Assembly: GCA_041489255.1 (NCBI GenBank)
Contig: JBGPQV010000003.1
Location: forward strand, 64,001-128,000
Origin: Thermoplasmata archaeon
GTDB lineage: Archaea; Thermoplasmatota; Thermoplasmata; RBG-16-68-12; JAFNFQ01
Direction of reading: 5' to 3'
Length of the DNA: 64,000 nt
Under the pieces are notes generated by a model, which was not told where the DNA came from, made no database searches, and saw only the letters and a list, made by a program, of their open reading frames with translations. This document shows, one piece after another, positions 47,977 to 57,900 of this stretch (position 1 is its first letter; each line of letters begins with the position of its first letter). A program made the position numbers and the translations under genes.

Positions 47977-48603
47977 ATGGATCCCGCTACGGTAGTCCTG
48001 CGACTGTTCATAGGCTTCAATCTGGCCCTCGGCATCGGACTCGAGAGGCAGCTGAGCAGGAAGCCCGCGGGCTTCGGCACGTTCACCTTCGTCTCCACCG
48101 GCGCCTGCGTCATCGCGATAATGGCTGAGGAACTCGAGCCCGACAACATGCTTGCGCTCCTCGGCGGCGCGATCACGGGCATAGGTTTCCTCGGAGCCGG
48201 CTCTCTGATAAGGAGCCAGGACAGGGTTTTCGGGTTCACCACCGCCGCGCTCATATGGGCCATGGCGGCGATGGGGCTGGCCATTGGGGTCGGATTGTTC
48301 TACCTGGCTTTCTCCTTCTATGGCGTAGTATGGGTAGTCATAATGACGGACAGGCTGCTCGAGCGGCAAGGCTTCGGTTCGCACGCGAAAGTCCTGGATA
48401 TCGTCCTTGCCGAGCCCGCCAATCTCGATGACATCAAGGCGATCGTGCCCGTGAAATCCGCCTACTACGAGCGGTATTACTTCGACAAAGGCACGCAGGT
48501 GATGCAGTTCAAAGCGCATGTCCGCATCAAGCCTGCCGATGTGGAGAACCTTCTATTGAGCTTGCAGCGGAACGCGAAGGTGAAGAGCGTCTCTCTGGAG
48601 TAG
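47977..48603 (+). CDS. MgtC/SapB family membrane protein
   Basis: IGLERQ...PAGFGTF, ITGIGFLGAG, GFTTAALIW. Confidence 0.9.
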   Translation: MDPATVVLRLFIGFNLALGIGLERQLSRKPAGFGTFTFVSTGACVIAIMAEELEPDNMLALLGGAITGIGFLGAGSLIRSQDRVFGFTTAALIWAMAAMGLAIGVGLFYLAFSFYGVVWVVIMTDRLLERQGFGSHAKVLDIVLAEPANLDDIKAIVPVKSAYYERYYFDKGTQVMQFKAHVRIKPADVENLLLSLQRNAKVKSVSLE

Positions 48604-48952
48604 TTCTTGGTGAATCGTAAGCGCCAATAGACAAGGTTTGCGAGGGAGATTCTTGGTTGATGGCTCGCTCGTTCACATACGCTGCATGCCTTCCGAGTCC
48701 GAAGCCTCGAACTCCGCTTCCTCCTTGGCTGGAGCCACCATCTCTTCCCGGATAAGTTGAGCGTCACGAGGATTTTAACCGTTATGGTGACAACGGCCAG
48801 GATGGCAGTTAGAACTCATGGTGGCTGGCCCCACGGCAATCAACAAGATATCGGGGTGGAAACAAAAGAAGTGGGGAATGCTTTTATCATTGTTCGGAGA
48901 ATCCCCGAATGTGCGAGAAGGGGCAAGGTTGGGGCGGTCGGAACCGCTGGTA

Positions 48953-50584
48953 TTGGTCAGAAGAATTCCAACTGTCGTGATTATCGTCACGATCTCCATT
49001 TCACTACTGTGTGGTGGTGTGGCGGCGCAGGATCAGCGCAAACCGGTTGTTGGCGACTTTTTTGAATATGAATACGACATTTGGCTCGACAGAGGATGGG
49101 GCAACTACGAAGGTTATACGGAGCATACCTTTTCGCACGGCCTCTACACCGTCATCAACGTCACCCAGAACACCTGCACCATGAAGGCGGTTGTCTCCTG
49201 GGAATATCGTGCTTCCGACGGAACATATCAGGCCGGAGGTTTCGACCACAACATCACATTCTCGCTTGACACACGGCTCTATATTTCCGGCTATGAACTT
49301 GACGAGAACGTGACCGATCCCGCGGTATGGTTTTACGCCGGCACCGGCCTGCAGACCGGCCAGCATGTGAAGATCATCGGACAGGACTTCGTCGTCCAGA
49401 GCACATCGTCCTCCGTCTGGATGGGTTGGCTTCCCATATCAGGGGTGGAGCTGAAGAACACTGGCAGTTTCTATAGGAACGATGTATACGGAGCTTTCAC
49501 AGCGACATTCACCGACATTTATCATTTCGATGGATCTACGGGGTACCTTCTCCATGAGTGGTACGAAGAGGTCGATGCTGACGGGCATGGAAATGGATTC
49601 AGATGGAGAGAGGAAGTTAGGGTAATACAATCCAGCTATGCCGCGCCGGTTCACATCTCGACCTTACTGGTCTCATATGTGGTCGTACCTGGCATTATCA
49701 TTGGCCCAATCATCGCAGTGATCTACCGCTCCTACGGACCACGTAGAGTCCGTTTGGCGATGCAGAGCGCGCTCGCGTTCGGCTCTCCCACAAAGGAGCG
49801 TTTTGTTATGAAACGCGTCCGGAGGAGAAGGATGCCGAGGCTGGCGCTCGAAGTGAAGGCGACGGCTGGCCTGACTTTGTACTTTGAACCTTTCATGGAG
49901 CGATTCGTCAACAGGGCCGTGGCGACGAAGTCAAAGATCGCTGTTGCGCGGCAAGACGGAAAGCTCAGAGCGATAATATTGCGTGAGAGGAAAACGCGTT
50001 TCGGATCATACTTCGGGCCACAAGAGCTCGCGGTCCCCATGGTGAAGTACCTGCGAGTCATTTACTTCCACTCTGAGCACCCGGACGGTGGTGAGATTCT
50101 TGAGAGATACAAGGTCCTTCAGCTCTCGCCAATCCCCGACAGGGATTACGACACAGAGGCCGCGCGTCCGTTGAACATCAGTGACTGGGGCGCCGTGACA
50201 AGAATCTGGAGGAAGGTCTACGGTGAGGACGATGAATTCCTCACGACCGCTAGAGAGGACGGGGATATGTGTATTGTCGGCGTCGATGAAGGGGCTTTGG
50301 CCGGGTTCGGCCTCTGCTCGGTTACGGGAGATGTCGGCCGCATGCACAGCCTGACCGTTTCTCCGGAGCGAAGGAACAGAGGCATTGGGCGGCAAATCAG
50401 CTTAGCCCGCCTGCAGGCTATGCGCACCCTGGGTGTTTCACGGGTGATCATGGAAGTCGATATCGGCAACATTCCCTCACTCAGAATCGCCGCGGCCCTG
50501 GGATTTTCGGAAATCGGCGAGACCTACATAGTGACAAGGAAGAAAGGCGGTCTGGGGGATGTCCCGTTCCGGAGATGGATATGA
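48953..50584 (+). CDS. Single-pass membrane protein: extracellular domain plus cytoplasmic GNAT acetyltransferase
   Basis: Signal-like N-terminus, aromatic/acidic beta-rich domain, TM (LLVSYVVVPGIIIGPIIAVIY), C-terminal LTVSPERRNRGIG...GNIPSLRIAAALGF GNAT motifs. Start uncertain (48818-48977). Confidence 0.8.
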   Translation: MVRRIPTVVIIVTISISLLCGGVAAQDQRKPVVGDFFEYEYDIWLDRGWGNYEGYTEHTFSHGLYTVINVTQNTCTMKAVVSWEYRASDGTYQAGGFDHNITFSLDTRLYISGYELDENVTDPAVWFYAGTGLQTGQHVKIIGQDFVVQSTSSSVWMGWLPISGVELKNTGSFYRNDVYGAFTATFTDIYHFDGSTGYLLHEWYEEVDADGHGNGFRWREEVRVIQSSYAAPVHISTLLVSYVVVPGIIIGPIIAVIYRSYGPRRVRLAMQSALAFGSPTKERFVMKRVRRRRMPRLALEVKATAGLTLYFEPFMERFVNRAVATKSKIAVARQDGKLRAIILRERKTRFGSYFGPQELAVPMVKYLRVIYFHSEHPDGGEILERYKVLQLSPIPDRDYDTEAARPLNISDWGAVTRIWRKVYGEDDEFLTTAREDGDMCIVGVDEGALAGFGLCSVTGDVGRMHSLTVSPERRNRGIGRQISLARLQAMRTLGVSRVIMEVDIGNIPSLRIAAALGFSEIGETYIVTRKKGGLGDVPFRRWI

Positions 50585-51807
50585 CGGCCGAGGCTGGATT
50601 CGAACCAGCGTATCTCGCGGGCAAGAGCTGGTTCTCGCTGGCCAAAATCCCTCTCGAGATTCCACCGATGCGCAATCCGAACATCAAGTGGCCTAATGAC
50701 GACGATCTCGATTGCGCGTACGTCCCCAGCGCGATGGTTCAACTGGTGGGCGATGGAGTCCCGGTGATGAAAGCGCTCCGCGACGAGAACAGGAGCGGTT
50801 TCCTTCCTGACAAGAGAATGATTGTGGCGGGGCAAGAACTCGTGCTCAATGTGAAAGGATGCGGCTCAATCATGGCCCCATATGAATTGAGCACGATTGA
50901 CGGTGCCACGTTGGCGGGAATATGGCGCGGCGATGTCCAAGTTCAAGAGAAGTTGAGGACGCTGCAATCTGACGGCATCATAACAAGCGAGCAGTGGTTC
51001 TCTGGCGAGAGCCCCTATGGCGGTCAGGGCTACGAGAACGCGGTCGACTCCCTTCGAATCAGTGAACTCGCAGGCAGAGGACTGCACATCGAAGGATTCC
51101 ACATCTGCCCGGTGCTCCAGGCATGCATCTTGCCGAGGCGATACTGGAATCTCGCAAGGCACCTCTACTGGTTCAGGAGGCACGAAGGACCGATTTGCCA
51201 AACGATTCGTATGATGCCGTCCGATGTCAGGCTGTACTTCCACGGATCAACCACCCTTGGCGCGGACCCCATGTCTGTGTGTAAGAGCTTCGACGTACGC
51301 GAGGACGAAGAGTACAAAGCATTCGAGCTGAACCTCGCTCGCACAGGGGTTGCCGCATTGACCCTTCTGGCACGGACGTTGCGCTACGATCAATCATCCG
51401 GCAACTGGCGGGGGCTGGATTATGAAGACGTATGGCTGGACAAGGACGCAGTTCTCGCACCCGATGGGAAGCTCTACTTCGCGGACCTAGATGGTCTGGC
51501 TTCGGTGAAGCTCGCAGAGGAAGGGATTGAAGGCGCGATCAGGAAACAGTTCGACAAACACGCCTACGAGTTCTTCTATGCACTCATGGCCATCGAGCGT
51601 GAGAGACAACGGACGCATGGTAGGATGGATTGGCAGGAAACTGCACGCTATGTCGGGGAGATGTTGCGGCTCGCCATGAACGGCGATAAGCACGTGCAGG
51701 TGGAATGGGACGGGGGGGATATCCTGATGCTGTACACCAGAGGCGCTATGCCAAGCTCATCATTTGAATTGCTGAACCTTCGGAGGGATGCACAAGATGC
51801 TCACTAG
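50575..51807 (+). CDS. Hypothetical protein with SelO-like atypical kinase fold
   Basis: LNVKGCG, PYGG, RMMPSDVRL, WLDKDAVL...YFADLD occur in the same order as SelO LKGxG, RxAPSxIR, NTDN...IDYG motifs. Confidence 0.65.
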   Translation: MDMTAEAGFEPAYLAGKSWFSLAKIPLEIPPMRNPNIKWPNDDDLDCAYVPSAMVQLVGDGVPVMKALRDENRSGFLPDKRMIVAGQELVLNVKGCGSIMAPYELSTIDGATLAGIWRGDVQVQEKLRTLQSDGIITSEQWFSGESPYGGQGYENAVDSLRISELAGRGLHIEGFHICPVLQACILPRRYWNLARHLYWFRRHEGPICQTIRMMPSDVRLYFHGSTTLGADPMSVCKSFDVREDEEYKAFELNLARTGVAALTLLARTLRYDQSSGNWRGLDYEDVWLDKDAVLAPDGKLYFADLDGLASVKLAEEGIEGAIRKQFDKHAYEFFYALMAIERERQRTHGRMDWQETARYVGEMLRLAMNGDKHVQVEWDGGDILMLYTRGAMPSSSFELLNLRRDAQDAH

Positions 51808-53269
51808 CAGATTGCGCGCGATCTTGGAGGCGCTCTCCGCGCGTGTCCAGGTGTCAATGCAGGAAGACGAGTTGTTTTACTTAATGGGCAAGAAGGTCGT
51901 CACGTTCGTTTCGAATGATGAATACAGGCGTCTCTCAGCGGGAGCATACTCACACGACACCGCAGCATCAGAGGTCCGCGAGGGAGAGCGGAATCTTGAG
52001 AGCCTCGACGCAAGCTACGCTCGATCGGCATCGCCAGACGAGAAAGAATACCTCAAAGCGCGAGCTGATGCCATGCAGAAGCTCCGCGAGGCTCAGCAGC
52101 AGATGCTGATGCTAATGCACCAAGCCACTTCGATCCACCGCTTCGTGCAGCTGAAATCGCTGGGCGGTTATGTCGCGATATCAGAGCACGGCAGGGAAGT
52201 CCTCGATGCTCTCCCCGCGCTCGCTTCCATTCAGACGGGGTCCGAACCAGCTGAGGCTGACGGCGTGCTCTATTCGCTCGAAGCGGGTGTGACTAGAGTC
52301 GGTAAAATCGCGAAGGCGATCCAGACCGCCCTCCAAAAGTGGGATACATCCTACGTGGCGACCAATTTCTCCGACACGCAATTGCTCGCGGCAGCCAGTG
52401 ATATCGCACCCTTTGGCGGCGATTACATCTCGTTTCTCAAGACGGCGCAGCAACTGGCCGAGATTCTGGCGAAAGCGAGACACGTCTCCCTCTACGCAGC
52501 AGGGCCAGAGCCTGACAAATGCCAACGCGCTTCCGTTGTGGCGACAGAAATGATGGATATCCTAGGTTCAAAGGTCCAATGGGGCAATCGCAAGTCCTCG
52601 CTTACAGCGGCTTCAATGTCATCGGAGCTGAATAGGTACTCGGGATTTGACACAATCAATGCAGTCATCGCTATTCACGCGGACATGCTTGGTGCGAAAC
52701 CTATTTCATCGCGGGACACAGACAAGCCGCGCAACCCAAGTTACCAAGATTCGTCTCTGGGCTTCCAGAGGCTTCTGTTGATGCTCCCCGTGAGCCCTGA
52801 GGTTCTCGCGCTCAGGATGCAAACCATTGTGGACCATTTAAAGAAACGCGTGCCCGACGCACCCATTGTGGAGATCTGCGATTCGGCTGCGATTCTGTGT
52901 GCCGTCAAGGAGCGATCGCCAGACGATCTCATGGCTTCCTTCGACGCAGCAGATGCGTGGCTGAAGAATGCGCTGAGCAGTCATGTCGTCGCCGCGGCAC
53001 TCGCAGCCGCGCTTCCGGGCCCTGTGGAGACCACGAAGCTTTGGACGCGTCACCTGATCTCCAAGCTTGAAGCAACGAACAAGACAGCGGGAAACGTCGA
53101 GCCTTTACACCTCTCTCTCAAAGCGCTTTGGTCCTCGGTTTTCGGTCCGAAGCGGGACATCCCCATGCTGTTCGGCATGGCGGCATACTGGATGTACCTC
53201 TACGAGGAGACGATACGGGAATTCCGCGCACATCCATTGCACGTCCACTACGTGCCGTGGTTTGGCTGA
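51788..53269 (+). CDS. Hypothetical helical protein, third gene of the GNAT/kinase-like operon
   Basis: 493-aa ORF overlapping the upstream stop; N-terminal coiled-coil-like region; no recognised motif. Confidence 0.7.
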   Translation: MHKMLTSRLRAILEALSARVQVSMQEDELFYLMGKKVVTFVSNDEYRRLSAGAYSHDTAASEVREGERNLESLDASYARSASPDEKEYLKARADAMQKLREAQQQMLMLMHQATSIHRFVQLKSLGGYVAISEHGREVLDALPALASIQTGSEPAEADGVLYSLEAGVTRVGKIAKAIQTALQKWDTSYVATNFSDTQLLAAASDIAPFGGDYISFLKTAQQLAEILAKARHVSLYAAGPEPDKCQRASVVATEMMDILGSKVQWGNRKSSLTAASMSSELNRYSGFDTINAVIAIHADMLGAKPISSRDTDKPRNPSYQDSSLGFQRLLLMLPVSPEVLALRMQTIVDHLKKRVPDAPIVEICDSAAILCAVKERSPDDLMASFDAADAWLKNALSSHVVAAALAAALPGPVETTKLWTRHLISKLEATNKTAGNVEPLHLSLKALWSSVFGPKRDIPMLFGMAAYWMYLYEETIREFRAHPLHVHYVPWFG

Positions 53270-53285
53270 GCCCGAAGAAAGATAA

Positions 53286-53360
53286 TGCTCCCGCCGGGAT
53301 TTGAACCCGAGTCGAAAGCTCGAGAGGCTTTCATGATTGACCGGACTACACTACGGGAGC
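53286..53360 (-). tRNA. tRNA-Glu(CUC)
   Basis: GCTCCCGTAGTGTAGTCCGGTCAATCATGAAAGCCTCTCGAGCTTTCGACTCGGGTTCAAATCCCGGCGGGAGCA cloverleaf; anticodon loop CTCTCGA. Confidence 0.96.
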
Positions 53361-53481
53361 TTTGCGTCGACTAAGTAGGAGGATATCATAAACCTTGCTC
53401 AGAGAACCGCAGCGACTCCCGAAGTTGAGAAATAGCCAAGGGAACTTCTCCTCTCCGCAGTCCGCTTGATGGCGGGAGAGA

Positions 53482-54084
53482 ATGACAGAGGCGATACTGA
53501 GAAGGCACTTTCTGAATCGCGAGAATTGGCGTGCGTGGCTCGAAGTGAATCACGCGTCCGCGAATGAGCTCTGGCTGATTCTCTACAAGAAGCACACGAA
53601 GAAATCCAGCATCCGCCTCGACGAGGCTGTCGAGGAAGCGCTGTGCTTCGGGTGGATCGACGGGAAGCTGAGGAGGATCGATGACGAGAAGCATGAGATC
53701 CGGTTCACCCCTCGGAAGATGGGCAGCACTTGGTCCGAAACCAACATCAACAGGGTCAAGAGGCTAATCAAGGAAGACCGGATGACCAGCGTGGGGCTGA
53801 AAAAGTACAGGGACGGCATGAGAGATCCGAGGATGAAGCTGCTCAGGAAGGATTTCGAGATACCTCAGTTCATCGTCGCCGCATTGAAACGGAACAAGAG
53901 GGCGTGGGACGCCTTCGACAAGCTCGCTCCCTCTCGGAAGCAACAGATCGTGTGGTGGATAGCGACCGCCAAGAGGGAGGAGACCCGCGAGAAAAGGATC
54001 AAGGAGACGATCAGGCGAAGTCTGACGGGGAAGTTCACCTGGTGGGACGACCAATACAGCAAGCCCGAGCCGTCAAAGGTCTGA
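53482..54084 (+). CDS. YdeI/OmpD-associated family protein
   Basis: WRAWLEVNH, AVEEALCFGWIDG, FTPRKMGSTWS, AKREETREKRI. Confidence 0.9.
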   Translation: MTEAILRRHFLNRENWRAWLEVNHASANELWLILYKKHTKKSSIRLDEAVEEALCFGWIDGKLRRIDDEKHEIRFTPRKMGSTWSETNINRVKRLIKEDRMTSVGLKKYRDGMRDPRMKLLRKDFEIPQFIVAALKRNKRAWDAFDKLAPSRKQQIVWWIATAKREETREKRIKETIRRSLTGKFTWWDDQYSKPEPSKV

Positions 54085-54132
54085 ATCCGCGCATTTAATA
54101 TCCGTCGAACCGGTGTCGCCGCCGGTGTTAAC

Positions 54133-54957
54133 ATGAAGGTCCTCCTCGCTCAGCTCTCGCCCAAGGTCGGGGACAAAGAAGCCAACATCGCCATGATGGA
54201 GAAGGCGATCAGAAAAACGAAACCCGACCTCGCCGTCTTCGGTGAACTCTTCCTCACAGGGTACATGGCCCGCGACTCGTGGAGGACGCTCGCAGAGCCC
54301 GTGCCCGGACCGAGCACGCAAGCGGTCTCCGAGATAGCGCGCAAGAACTCGACCCACATCATCTTCGGGATGCCCGAGAGGGACACGAAGGCCAGACTGC
54401 TCTACAACGTGGCGGTACTCGTCACTCCAGATGGCACCGTGGAGAAGTACCGCAAGATCCACCCCGCCAACTTCGGGCCCTTCGAGGAGGGAATCTACTT
54501 CGCACGAGGGCGGGAGCCGAAGCTTGTCGAGACGGAGCTGGGCAAGATTGGCCTGATGATCTGCTTCGATTCCTTCTTCCCCGAGCTCGCGAAGGTCCTC
54601 GCTCTTCAGGGCGCCGATATCTTGGCGGTAATCTCCGCCGCGCCGAACACGAGCAAGCCGATGTTCGACAAGGTGCTGCCCGCCAGGGCGGTGGAGGACA
54701 CGTGCTTCGTGCTCTACTGCAACCTCGTCGGCACAGAACTCAACATTGTCTTCGCTGGCGGGACTCAGGCAATAGGGCCTCGCGGGGAGTACATCGGTGT
54801 CGCCAAGGACTACAAGGAGGACCTCGTGTTGGTTGATCTCGACCTCGCTGACCTGGGACCCGCCAGGCAGGCAAGGCCGACAATCAGAGACACCGACCCT
54901 CATCTGGTCGACCTCGCCCTCGGTCGCGGCGGGAAGAAGGGGCGGCGCAGGGACTAG
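54133..54957 (+). CDS. Carbon-nitrogen hydrolase (nitrilase superfamily)
   Basis: Glu-Lys-Cys triad: FGELFLTGY, YRKIH, ICFDSFFPE; ARAVED. Confidence 0.92.
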   Translation: MKVLLAQLSPKVGDKEANIAMMEKAIRKTKPDLAVFGELFLTGYMARDSWRTLAEPVPGPSTQAVSEIARKNSTHIIFGMPERDTKARLLYNVAVLVTPDGTVEKYRKIHPANFGPFEEGIYFARGREPKLVETELGKIGLMICFDSFFPELAKVLALQGADILAVISAAPNTSKPMFDKVLPARAVEDTCFVLYCNLVGTELNIVFAGGTQAIGPRGEYIGVAKDYKEDLVLVDLDLADLGPARQARPTIRDTDPHLVDLALGRGGKKGRRRD

Positions 54958-57900
54958 CCGTCGTCTGGCGGTGGCGGCGGGGCCTTCCTTTCAGCTAGCT
55001 CCTGCTGTTGCTCAGATTCCTTCCTCTTCCTTCGCTTCATCAGCAGGAGAATCACCGCCATGATGATGACGATGATGATCGCGACTGCGATGAGGATGAC
55101 CGATGTGTCGGTTCCTGAGGACCGCGACAGGGTCGTGCCGTCCTCTTGGGCCGGAGCGGACTCAATCCCTCGCGAGTTCACCGCGGTCACGTTGTAGTAA
55201 TAGATAGTCCCATCCGCCAGCCCGAGACCGACATTGTCATCGAGGAAGGTCGTCACCGTGACCAGGGGGCCGTTGACCTTCGTCCTCTGACCATTAGGCT
55301 GCGTCATCCTGTAGACGTTGTAGCCCCTCAGATCTGTCAATGGCGATGAGTCCGTGTTCAGGCTCGGCGCGGCCCAGCTCAGCCTGAGGGCTCCGAAGCC
55401 CTCCGGCACGACGGTGAGACCCGCCGGCGGGTTCGGCACCCTCTCGATGATCGAGGTCGTGTAGGTTTGACTCCGGACTCCGTTCAGGCTGCCGTCGACC
55501 GCCCAGATGTAGTAGGAGATCGAACCTGCGTGCGGCTGGCCCGCCACCTCGTAAGAGTACTCATCGGCGGTCACGACAGCCATGCTCACATTCCGCCTGA
55601 CGCCGTCGACATCCGTGTAGTCCAGCTTCACTTCCTGGACGAGGATGTTGTCGGTCACATTGGCGGTGATATTGAGCGCGACGGTGACCGGCCATGTCGC
55701 CCGGGGCGTATGTTCGATCGAGGGCGGCACCGACTCGGTTGTCTGGAAGATGCCCGTGTTCGTCTCCCAGTTCCCGCTGCTGTCGACCGCGGAGACCTTG
55801 TATTGATATGCGCCGACCAGATTCACCGCGTATTCGTAGTAGAAGGTCGGGCCACCGTCCATCGACTGATTCTCCGGCGTCTGGCCCGGGGCGGTGATTT
55901 CCACCCAGACCCCGGCGAGCAGGTAGTTGTCGGTGACATCCGCCGTGATGTTCGTCGAAGAGAGAAGCGCGACCGGGCTCGGCGTGGCGGCAAGATTGAC
56001 GATCAGCGGGGGCGTGTTGTCCTCGACATCGAAGGTGCTGACCGCCACCGCCCACAGGTCGACCGAATCCTTCGCAGACACTTTGAATATGTAAGCTCCG
56101 AGCTGGTCGGGAATCGTCTCCCTGGAGTACCTCGGTCCCGCGATCATCGACCGGTTCGTCCGCGTGAGGTCCGGCGCCGTCACCTCGACCCAGACCTCCG
56201 AGAGCAGGTAGTTGTCGGATACGAGCGCCGAGAGGTTCGTCGATGCGAACACTTCCACCGGGTTCGGGACTGCCCTCAAGTCCGAGATGGATGGTCTCGT
56301 CGTGTCCTCACATGTGAATTGACCCGAGGTCGAGTTCCGGTTACCGCTGGTGTCGGATGCCCAAATCACGAACGTGTGCAGACCGAGCATCCCGCAGTTC
56401 CTCTCCAGGAAGTAGCGCATCCCGAATGGGTCATACGACATCGTGGAGTTGATGGTACCGGCAGCGGGATTCGTAACGTTGAGCCAGACTTGGCCAACGG
56501 CGACATTGTCGCGAATCACGGCTGACACATTTACGGGGAAGTAGACCTCCTGAGGATCCGGGATTGCCGTGGCTGACGTGAGCGTCGGCCTCTCGACATC
56601 CACGAATGAGGCGGTGGTGAAGGTCCAACTGTATGGCGTTGCGAGGTTGTTGCCAGGGTCGGATGCGTCTCTGGCCGATGTCGTGAAGTTCGCGGAGTAC
56701 TGGGTGCCCGACGCAAGCACGCTCGTCGGGCCGAAGGTCATTATGCTCCCTGCCCAAGACAGCGTTCCCGCCACGGGAGTCCATGTGGCAGTGTCCTTCA
56801 GCGAGAAAGCCGACTCCGCCGATGTCCTCATCATCGGCTCGGACCATGCTGCCTGGACATTCGCGCTGGTCGGAACGCCGGTCTCCCCCGAGAACGGGCT
56901 TGTGGAGGAGACTATTGGCGGTGTCGAGTCGATCTCGAGCGCGGGAGAATATCCGTACCCGGTTCCCCCAATTGTGTCGACGACGACGGCCTGCAAAACG
57001 ACCGCAGTGCTGTCTTCAAATGGGACTGTCCAAGCGTATGGCCTGGCATCGCCTGCCACGCCCTGGAGTCCAGCGATCTGATGGTCGAAGGGACCAGCTC
57101 CCGTCACTGAGTAATTGACCCAGACCTTGAGGTTCCCGATGGAATCCTCGGCGTCATACGCCGTCCAATCGATGTTGTGAATCGTCCCGCCGGTCCAGCT
57201 CTCCCCGCCTGCAGGTGCGGTGATGCCGATCGTCGGCGGCGTATTGACAATCGTGGTGAAGGACCATATATAATCAAGGATCATGGAATTGCCTGGATTG
57301 GATACGTCCCTCGCGCCGGTCCAGACCGTCGCGGTGTAGGTCGTGGAATATGAGAAATCCACATGATCAATGGTCAACGTGTCATCTGGGAAGATCCTCT
57401 GCGACCAGCTGAATATCAAGGTGCCCATATTCGGCACCAGAGTGAAGGCTGATTCAACTGAGGCGGTGTCCATTCTCTCCGAGAACTGGACAACGATAGG
57501 AGCAGTGAGAGCGACCCCCGTGCCCGTCGGTGACGCGCTCACGACGAATGGCCACGTCGAGTCTATCTGGGGGACCAAGACCGTGCTGTACCCTTTTAGT
57601 CCGTTTGCGTCGATGACGGTCGCGTTTATCCTCACATCGGTTGCGTCGATTGTCGGCACTGTCCATCCGTAGATGGTCGCGCCAGCAAGCGGTCCTGCAA
57701 TCGTGCCTGAGCTCGGCGTCGAGGTGTAGTTGAGGTAGATCCTGAGGCTACCGGGCGGAGTCGTGTCGTCGCTCATTGTCCAAGTGATCATCTGCGAAGA
57801 ACCGCCCGTCCAGTCCTGCGCGCCACTCGGGTTTGTCAGAGAAATCGAAGGTGGGTTGTTCACAGGCGGAGCCGTGCCGCTTCCGAAGCAGTAGATCCTT

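Noticed and set aside
50584-50643. tRNA-like T-arm on the minus strand (GCTGG-TTCGAAT-CCAGC-CTCGGCC)
   Set aside because: No matching 5' acceptor strand, D-arm or anticodon arm (only ~59 nt with 4 acceptor pairs); it lies inside a coding region and does not match either tRNA in the window, so it is not called as a tRNA or att site.
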